A DNA stretch of 29,295 nucleotides from a virus. Of this stretch, positions 23,146 through 29,295 are shown one piece after another. Below the pieces are notes generated by a model. It was not told where the DNA came from. It did no database searches and saw only the letters and a program-made list of their open reading frames with translations. Location of the stretch: IMG/VR virus record IMGVR_UViG_3300030524_000001. The stretch is one strand, 5' to 3'. Within the stretch, counting starts at the first letter, position 1; each line of letters starts with the position of its first letter. The translations under genes and the position numbers were made by a program.

Positions 23146-23583
23146 CTACCCGGCCTTGAGTACTTCCTGCCGCAGCGCCTGCAGGACGACCTCGACTGCG
23201 GTGTCGCCTTCCGCGATGAAAGTGCCGATGGCGTTGACGACCGCCGACCCGATGATCTTCGCGGTGGCGAGGTCGCCGCCGGCTTGGTCGGCGACCTGAC
23301 GCAGCGTGCTGATCAGGATGAACACCAGTCGGAACTGCTGGGCAGAGTTCATCTCCGCGAGCAGCTCGTTCATCTCGTCCGGGCGGGTGGCGGCATTGAT
23401 GCCGAACGCCGCGAGCATGATCCGCTGCAGGTTGTGCTCGCCGTACACCGCGAGCAGCTCTGGGAGTGGGCGTTCACCCGGTGCGGCGAGGACAGCCAGC
23501 GCATTGTCGTCGTTGGCGGTGACGGCTTCCAGTGCGGCCAGGGCGCGGAGTTGCTCGTCGGCGGTCAGCTCATCCTCAGTCAT
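23146..23583 (-). CDS. Hypothetical helical protein
   Basis: GC3-rich from ATG 23583. Confidence 0.7.
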   Translation of the reverse strand: MTEDELTADEQLRALAALEAVTANDDNALAVLAAPGERPLPELLAVYGEHNLQRIMLAAFGINAATRPDEMNELLAEMNSAQQFRLVFILISTLRQVADQAGGDLATAKIIGSAVVNAIGTFIAEGDTAVEVVLQALRQEVLKAG

Positions 23584-23791
23584 GGGCTGATCGTCTCGCG
23601 CGGGCTGCGGCCAACGGGCGGAATCGGGAAAACAGTGGGCGCGCGCCGGTCTCTCCACTGTGCTGGCGCGCGCCTGGAGGATCGTACGCCCGCGTCCTCT
23701 GCTGTCAGGAACTGTCAGCCCGTGCCCGACGTGCACCCGCCCACCCGAGTCGCGGCGGGGGCTGCGCGGGGAGCGGGAGCAGCGCGGGCGG

Positions 23792-24340
23792 CTACTCGGC
23801 GTCGTGCTCGACCGGTTCGTCGGTCGGCGTGGCGTCCGGGTCACCGATGACGATCGCGCCAGGGATCGCCCGGAACTTGGCGGACGTGTTGAGCAGCGCC
23901 ACCAGGGACTTGATATGCGGCAGGGCCTCGTCCGCGTTCAGGCTGTTGGTGAGGGTGGCGACGCTCTCGACCAGGTCGACGAAGTTCTCGTGCTGCTCGG
24001 GCGGAACGCCGAGGCGTCCGGCGACGGCGTCCAGGGCCGCGCCGACCGATGGGACTGCTTCGGCCGGCCGGACAGGTTCGGCGATGCCGGACTCGGTGAA
24101 GAACTCCTCGAGCCCGATGCCGAGTGCGCGGGCGAGGCCGACGAGGCTGCGGGCGTCGGGGACTCGGTCGCCGGAGAGCATGCGGCTGAAGGTGGTGGTG
24201 GACATCCCGGCGTCCTTGGCGAGGCGCATGCGGTCGCCTCGAGGGCTGGCGATGTCGTAGTTGGCGCGGGGGGCGACGGTCTTGACATAGGCGGCGAGGC
24301 GTTCCGCTGCTGCTGCGCCGTCCATGCCCGTCCCGTCCAC
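23792..24340 (-). CDS. CI-like XRE repressor
   Basis: RLAKDAGMSTTTFSRMLSGDRVPD..SL..LARALGI; start 24340 or 24325. Confidence 0.85.
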   Translation of the reverse strand: MDGTGMDGAAAAERLAAYVKTVAPRANYDIASPRGDRMRLAKDAGMSTTTFSRMLSGDRVPDARSLVGLARALGIGLEEFFTESGIAEPVRPAEAVPSVGAALDAVAGRLGVPPEQHENFVDLVESVATLTNSLNADEALPHIKSLVALLNTSAKFRAIPGAIVIGDPDATPTDEPVEHDAE

Positions 24341-24346
24341 GTCTCG

Positions 24347-24784
24347 ATGCTAGTGAGCGGGCTGCTGCCCGTCTGCATGTTGCTAGAGAGCAACCATAGT
24401 GGTCAGGGCGATCTTGTCGAGTACATCACCCCACCTCCGGCCATCGGGGAGCCGTCCGACGGGCCACTATTTGCTTATGAGCATTCGACTTGGATAGTAT
24501 GTGCTCATTGGCAAATTGCCCCCTAGCATTCAGGGAGGGAGGTGACTCATGCCCTTCACCTTCAACGTTCAAAGACTCCGAGACCTCGCCGCCGAACACG
24601 GCGACGAAGATCAGAACGCCATCGCTGCACGTACCGGCATCGACGCGGGCTCCATCTCCCGCTACCTGGCCCGCAAGCGGCAGCCCGGCCTCACGCGAGC
24701 CGCACGCATCGCCAGGGCCTACGGAGTCCAGGTCGATGAACTGACCGGCGCAGCACCACGAAGTTGAACCTTGCCGACGAGCAA
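24347..24784. promoter_or_regulatory. Six 14-bp operator-like boxes (consensus TTGCT-N4-AGCAA) and a rightward promoter
   Basis: Boxes at 24347, 24380 (perfect), 24471, 24501, 24516, 24771; TTGCTT-N18-TAGTAT at 24471-24500. Confidence 0.75.
24549..24767 (+). CDS. Cro-like XRE regulator
   Basis: IAARTGIDAGSISRYL...RQP; GGAGG RBS; divergent from the CI-like gene. Confidence 0.88.
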   Translation: MPFTFNVQRLRDLAAEHGDEDQNAIAARTGIDAGSISRYLARKRQPGLTRAARIARAYGVQVDELTGAAPRS

Positions 24785-24871
24785 GAAGAAGCACCGCCCT
24801 GTACCTGTGCGCCAGTTGGAGATCCGCGTGACCCCGTACTGCTCTGACGCGTGCCGCCCGGCGGTGGGCTG

Positions 24872-25771
24872 ATGGGTCACGACGTCTACCGGAGCGTCAA
24901 GAAGCATGCCCTGGCGGGTCTGACCCATCGGGAAAAGCTGGTTGCGATGGTGCTCGCTGACGACGCGGACGAGAAGACCTGGATCACCTGGAACAGCCCC
25001 TACGACGCCGCAATCATGGAGATGTGCATGATCAAGACCGACCGTGAGATGCGCCGCGTCCTCGGCGTGCCCCTCAACGAGAAGGTGATCGAGAAGCACG
25101 AAGGCGGCCACAACGGCAAGGTCCTCAAGTTCCGGTTCCTTGATCTGAGCGATGAAGTAGACGGGCGTAAAACGCCCCCCTACGCAGACGGGGCCGGCGA
25201 TGAGCCAGCGGGCCCGTCGACCGAAAAAAGCCCCCCTACGGACGGCGTAGGGGGGCGTAATCCGCCAAGTAGGCGGGCGAAAAAAGCCCCCCCTACTCCC
25301 CAGACACCTCAACCACCCACCTCCCACGAATCGCGCGGGTCGCAGGAGGAGCAGGCAACTGGGCGGGCGGGCGGGGGAGACGCTTCGCTGCAACAGCAGA
25401 CAGCGCACGACATGCTCGCCCGGATCATCAGCCGCCACTCACGGCTCGCCCTCGGCGAGAAAGAGATCACCAAGCTCGTACCACTCGTCGTCCCGTGGCT
25501 CGAGCGAGCATCCGAATCGCAACTCGAGCAGGCGCTCACCGCCGGACTGCCGATGCAGATCGGCAACCCGGCCGGACTCGTCCGCACGCGCCTCACCGAC
25601 AAACTCCCGCCCATTCGAAGCGAAGAACCCGGCGAGCCCCGCTGCAACAACCCGGACTGCGACCCGGTGACGCACATGGTCACCCTGCCCAACGGCGACA
25701 TCGACTTCTGCTCCATCTGCCACAAGACCGGCCGCGCCCGAGCCCGACGCCAGAACGGAACCCGACCATGA
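24872..25771 (+). CDS. Phage replication initiator (lambda O-like organisation)
   Basis: N-terminal wHTH-like LT.REKLV..VLAD.AD, central iterons, directly upstream of dnaB. Confidence 0.75.
   Translation: MGHDVYRSVKKHALAGLTHREKLVAMVLADDADEKTWITWNSPYDAAIMEMCMIKTDREMRRVLGVPLNEKVIEKHEGGHNGKVLKFRFLDLSDEVDGRKTPPYADGAGDEPAGPSTEKSPPTDGVGGRNPPSRRAKKAPPTPQTPQPPTSHESRGSQEEQATGRAGGGDASLQQQTAHDMLARIISRHSRLALGEKEITKLVPLVVPWLERASESQLEQALTAGLPMQIGNPAGLVRTRLTDKLPPIRSEEPGEPRCNNPDCDPVTHMVTLPNGDIDFCSICHKTGRARARRQNGTRP
25157..25296. repeat. Iteron cluster, putative origin
   Basis: Three GCCCCCC(C)TAC units preceded by A-tracts plus inverted GTAGGGGGGCG. Confidence 0.7.
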
Positions 25772-27129
25772 CCGACCACACCGAAAGCCCGACCCTCGAG
25801 CGCACCCCGCCTCAAGACCTCCTCGCCGAGCGCGCGGTCCTCGGCGCGATGCTCTGCGCGAAGGAGGCCATCCCGGAGGTCCTCGGGTCCGGCCTGAAAG
25901 GCGGCGAGTACTACCGCCCGGCACACGAGACGATCCACGACACGATCATCGACCTGTATGCGGCAGGCGAGCCGGCCGACCCCATCACCGTCGCCGACGA
26001 CCTCGAGAAGGCCGGCCAGCTGGTGCGCTGCGGCGGCCCGGTCTACCTCCACGGCCTGATCGTCGGCTGCCCCACTCCCGGCAGCGCCGAGTGGTATGCG
26101 CAGATCATCCGGGAGAAGGCCCGCAAGCGCCGCCTCGTCGTCGCGCTCTACCAGGGCCTGCAGGAGATCGACAGCGGGCAGGGCGACACTGCCGGGACGA
26201 TCGAGGCGATCCAGGACCGCATCCTCGAGGCCGCAGGAATGCCCGACGCCGAGTCGGCCAGCGGCCTGCTGCCGATCGGCGCGCTGTTCCCCGCTGCGCT
26301 CGAGGACATCGAAGCCGTCCAGCTCGGCATCGGGCCCGCAGGCGTGCCGACCGGGTTCGCCGACCTGGACGCGCTCACAGGCGGCCTGCACCCGGGACAG
26401 ATGGTGATCGTGGCCGGGCGTCCGGGGCAGGGCAAGAGCACGTTCGGTCTCGACGTCGCCCGCTGCGCCGCGATCAATCACCAGATGGGTGTGGCGTTCT
26501 TCAGTCTCGAGATGTCCTGCACCGACATCCTCAAGCGGCTGATCTCCGCCGAGGGGCGGATCGCCCACCACCACCTGCAGACGAAGGGTGCGCTGACCCC
26601 GGAGGACCGGGAGCGCATGGGCCGGACAGTCGCGCGGATCACCAGTTCGCCGCTATACCTCGACGACTCGCCGGACCTGACGCTCACCTCGATCCGCACG
26701 AAGGCCCGTCAGATGGCCTCCGAGCAGGACCTGAAGCTCATCGTCATCGACTACATGCAGCTGCTGCGCTCCGGCGGCGGCCAGCGGTACGAGTCGCGGC
26801 AGCAGGAAGTCTCGGAGATCTCGAGGTCGGTGAAGCTCCTCGCGAAGGAGCTCAAGCTCCCGGTGATCGCGCTCTCGCAGCTGAACCGTGGCCCGGAGCA
26901 GCGTACGGACAGGCGGCCCGTCGCGTCGGACCTTCGCGAGTCGGGGGCGCTCGAGCAGGACTCGGACCTGATTCTGCTGCTCCACCGACCCGACTCCTAC
27001 GAGCCGGAGCACGAGCGCGCGGGCGAGGCCGACTTCATTGTCGCCAAGAACCGGTCGGGCCCGACCTCGACGATCACGACCGCATTCCAGGGCCACTACA
27101 GCCGGTTCGTCGACATGGCGCAGGGCTGA
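25768..27129 (+). CDS. dnaB: Replicative DNA helicase
   Basis: PPQDL.AE..VLGAML, GRPGQGKS, FFSLEMS, IVIDYMQL, LSQLNR, DLRESGALEQD, KNRSGP. Confidence 0.97.
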   Translation: MTDHTESPTLERTPPQDLLAERAVLGAMLCAKEAIPEVLGSGLKGGEYYRPAHETIHDTIIDLYAAGEPADPITVADDLEKAGQLVRCGGPVYLHGLIVGCPTPGSAEWYAQIIREKARKRRLVVALYQGLQEIDSGQGDTAGTIEAIQDRILEAAGMPDAESASGLLPIGALFPAALEDIEAVQLGIGPAGVPTGFADLDALTGGLHPGQMVIVAGRPGQGKSTFGLDVARCAAINHQMGVAFFSLEMSCTDILKRLISAEGRIAHHHLQTKGALTPEDRERMGRTVARITSSPLYLDDSPDLTLTSIRTKARQMASEQDLKLIVIDYMQLLRSGGGQRYESRQQEVSEISRSVKLLAKELKLPVIALSQLNRGPEQRTDRRPVASDLRESGALEQDSDLILLLHRPDSYEPEHERAGEADFIVAKNRSGPTSTITTAFQGHYSRFVDMAQG

Positions 27130-27132
27130 CCC

Positions 27133-27876
27133 GTGTTACCCAACTCCTCGAAGGCAGTGAAAGAAGTGAAAGAACCCGGTGGAGACGCCCCGCACGTCGG
27201 CTCCGTGGCTGACCGGTATGAGCCGTGGCTTGAGGATCTGCAGTCCGGACGGGTGACGCACCTCAAGACCCCGTGGCCTGACCTCGACGACCTCGTAGGG
27301 CTCGAGGAGCGCCGCCGTGTCGGCATCGTCGCGCAGCGCGGAACCCGCGAAGCCACCGTCGGCCGCCGCATCGCGATCCACGTCGCCGAGACTCAGGGCC
27401 ATGTTCTGCTGTGCACCAGTTTCCCGCCTGACCCGATGCCCGAACGGCTGCACGTCGAACCGGAGATGATGCTCACCCCGGAGCATGTCAACGCGGCGGT
27501 GAGGCGGCTCGTCCGCGCTGGGGTCCGGCCCGTGCTCATCGTGATCGAGCGATACGAGCGGCTCCGGCTCGAGGAGCGCCCCGTAGGCGACCGGCGGTTC
27601 GACGAGATCGAGCGCTGCGCCCACGAGATCGATGTCAGCCCCAACGGCGTGGACGTGCCCTGCCTGTACACGACCACCACCGAGCGCGAGCCCGACCTGA
27701 GTCGGCGCATCCTCGACTGGGCCGGCGTGAACTCGCCCGGCGGGATCATGACCGACTTCTGCCGCACTCTGCTGGTGCTGCGCCGCCTGGACCGCCAGCA
27801 AGTCGAGGTCCGCATCGAGTTGGACCGTGTCACCTACCGGCACCCGGAAGTCCTCGCCATCGACCTGCCGACCTGA
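27133..27876 (+). CDS. Degenerate DnaB C-terminal-like protein (start uncertain)
   Basis: TPWPDLDDLVGL, LIVIERYERL, RFDEI, LLVLRR colinear with DnaB motifs; no Walker A GK[ST]. Confidence 0.6.
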   Translation: MLPNSSKAVKEVKEPGGDAPHVGSVADRYEPWLEDLQSGRVTHLKTPWPDLDDLVGLEERRRVGIVAQRGTREATVGRRIAIHVAETQGHVLLCTSFPPDPMPERLHVEPEMMLTPEHVNAAVRRLVRAGVRPVLIVIERYERLRLEERPVGDRRFDEIERCAHEIDVSPNGVDVPCLYTTTTEREPDLSRRILDWAGVNSPGGIMTDFCRTLLVLRRLDRQQVEVRIELDRVTYRHPEVLAIDLPT

Positions 27877-27930
27877 CGCCTCCCGTCCCTGTCCCGCCAA
27901 TCCCGTCAACCAACCACCAGGGAGAACACC

Positions 27931-28371
27931 GTGACCGACAAGCTGAACTACGAGCCCGAGACGCTGCACGAGGACGACGACAACGGCACCATGCCGGAGA
28001 ACGTCGCCGTGCTCGCCAACGCGGTCGTCGGCCACCGGATCGTGAGCGTCGAGAAGGACGTCCAGGTCCCCGAGTCCGCCCGCAGCTGGCGCACCTCCAC
28101 CGGCACTGCCCTGACGCTGGACAGCGGCAAGCGGGTGTTCCTCGTCGACACGGACGACTGCTGCGCCTACACCGAACTTGAGGCGTTCCTGCTGCACCCG
28201 GAACTGATCGACCACGTGATCACGGGCGTGGGTACGACCGAGGGCTTCACTCAGTGGCATGTCTTCGCGGACATGGGCGACGTGCTGGAACTGACGGTGA
28301 GCTGATCGTGCGGCAACCCGTTCTACTACGGCTACGGGTTCAACATCACCGTGGCCGAAGCCGACGCCTGA
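27931..28371 (+). pseudogene. Phage hypothetical gene with in-frame TGA at 28303 (nonsense mutation or readthrough)
   Basis: AGGGAG RBS; frame continues *SCGNPFYYGYGFNITVAEADA* with coding-like codons. Confidence 0.6.
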
Positions 28372-28421
28372 ACCGTCCGGCCCGAGCCCTTCCCGTCCGT
28401 CAACTCCCCGAAGGAGCCCCA

Positions 28422-28748
28422 ATGCCCGTCCCCGAGAACGTAACCATGGTCGCCGTCGACGGCACCGATGCTCTCGCCTACGTCATCATCCGGCCCGGCG
28501 AGAAGGACGCGGGCGGTGTCGTGATCGAAGCGGCATCGTCCGGCATGTCCAAGGAAGCCGCCGCCTATGTCCTGCGGCATGTTGCCGAGGGCTGGAAGCC
28601 CGCCGCCGACCATGCGGCCGAAGCCGTCGCCGAGGCCCAGCAGTTGCGCGGTGCCGTTCGGGCGCTGCGTCTGGTCGTCAAGCACGGCGACATGTCCGAC
28701 GGCACCCGCAGCGATCTCTCCAACCTGCTGCTCGACCTCGGCAACTGA
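28422..28748 (+). CDS. Hypothetical protein
   Basis: AAGGAG RBS, ATG 28422. Confidence 0.75.
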   Translation: MPVPENVTMVAVDGTDALAYVIIRPGEKDAGGVVIEAASSGMSKEAAAYVLRHVAEGWKPAADHAAEAVAEAQQLRGAVRALRLVVKHGDMSDGTRSDLSNLLLDLGN

Positions 28749-28790
28749 CCGCGCCTCCGCCCCCTCATCAACCCTCGAAAGGCAACCCTC

Positions 28791-29171
28791 ATGTCCAGCC
28801 CCACCCGCGTAACCGGCACCGTCACGATCACACCGCCGCTGTCCTGGGCGCAGATCCGCTCGGGCCCCGGCCTGCACGACGTGCAACTCGTCCTCGAGGA
28901 GACTCACGAGGACAGCGACACGGGCCGCACGACGACCACGACCGCCGTCGCCGTGGAGCCGCGCATCACCTCGCCATACAACGGCAGCGAGATCGCAGCC
29001 GACCTGACGAACCTTCTCACGGCGTTCCCCGACCACGAGTTCGCCGGGATCATCACCGCGAAGCCCGAGGACCCGGACGGCCTGCCGTGGCGATACGTCG
29101 TGCGGAGCCGCTGGGTCGAGCGGCAGCAGGCTCAGCTGACGTGGCCCGGCGGGGAAGCCGTGCAGTCATGA
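28791..29171 (+). CDS. Actinophage hypothetical protein (DUF6205-like)
   Basis: T.VTG...I.PPL.W..I start motif recalled from the family; GAAAGG RBS. Confidence 0.65.
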   Translation: MSSPTRVTGTVTITPPLSWAQIRSGPGLHDVQLVLEETHEDSDTGRTTTTTAVAVEPRITSPYNGSEIAADLTNLLTAFPDHEFAGIITAKPEDPDGLPWRYVVRSRWVERQQAQLTWPGGEAVQS

Positions 29172-29295
29172 TCCGCGACGACCGGTTCCTGATCTCGCGC
29201 AAGCCGTACGCCGTCGACCTGGGCAGCCTGCGCGGCAAGTGCACGCCTAGCCCGCAGGGCCAGCACCCGTACTACTTCGACGGCCAGATCAACGC
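29168..29295 (+). CDS. Partial hypothetical protein (MIRDDRFLISRKPYAVDL...)
   Basis: ATGA overlap; frame open to the window edge. Confidence 0.65.
   Translation, partial: MIRDDRFLISRKPYAVDLGSLRGKCTPSPQGQHPYYFDGQIN

Noticed and set aside
22291-23850. 519-aa plus-strand ORF
   Set aside because: Overlaps several better supported minus-strand genes; composition typical of a non-coding frame
24771-24872. Short ORF coupled by TGATG to the initiator gene
   Set aside because: 14-33 aa with an ambiguous start; insufficient support
27133-27138. TTA (bldA-dependent) codon at position 2
   Set aside because: The start codon is uncertain and may lie downstream (27157 or 27166)

Overview
High-GC actinomycete (Streptomycetaceae-like) temperate phage or phage-plasmid DNA. 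No integrase, terminase or capsid gene is recognisable in the window. Right part: a CI/Cro-type XRE switch (23.8-24.8 kb) with six 14-bp operator-like boxes drives a rightward replication block (initiator with internal iterons, DnaB, a degenerate DnaB paralogue, small phage ORFs). Most genes left of the switch read leftward: an AbrB/RelE-like toxin-antitoxin pair, an orphan ParB-like gene, a Streptomyces-type dsDNA transfer/spread operon (stand-alone FtsK-gamma, DUF2637, paired helical proteins, FtsK/TraB-like ATPase, membrane Mrr nuclease), small accessory ORFs (DUF262, DUF4236), a putative late regulator, a structured non-coding leader, a tRNA array (Met, His, Asn, Thr), small Cys-rich ORFs and the first virion-type genes. 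The most unusual element is a circularly permuted, anticodon-less tRNA-like RNA (T-arm, closed acceptor hairpin, D-arm) embedded in the tRNA array. Family names come from motif recognition by eye, not from database searches.
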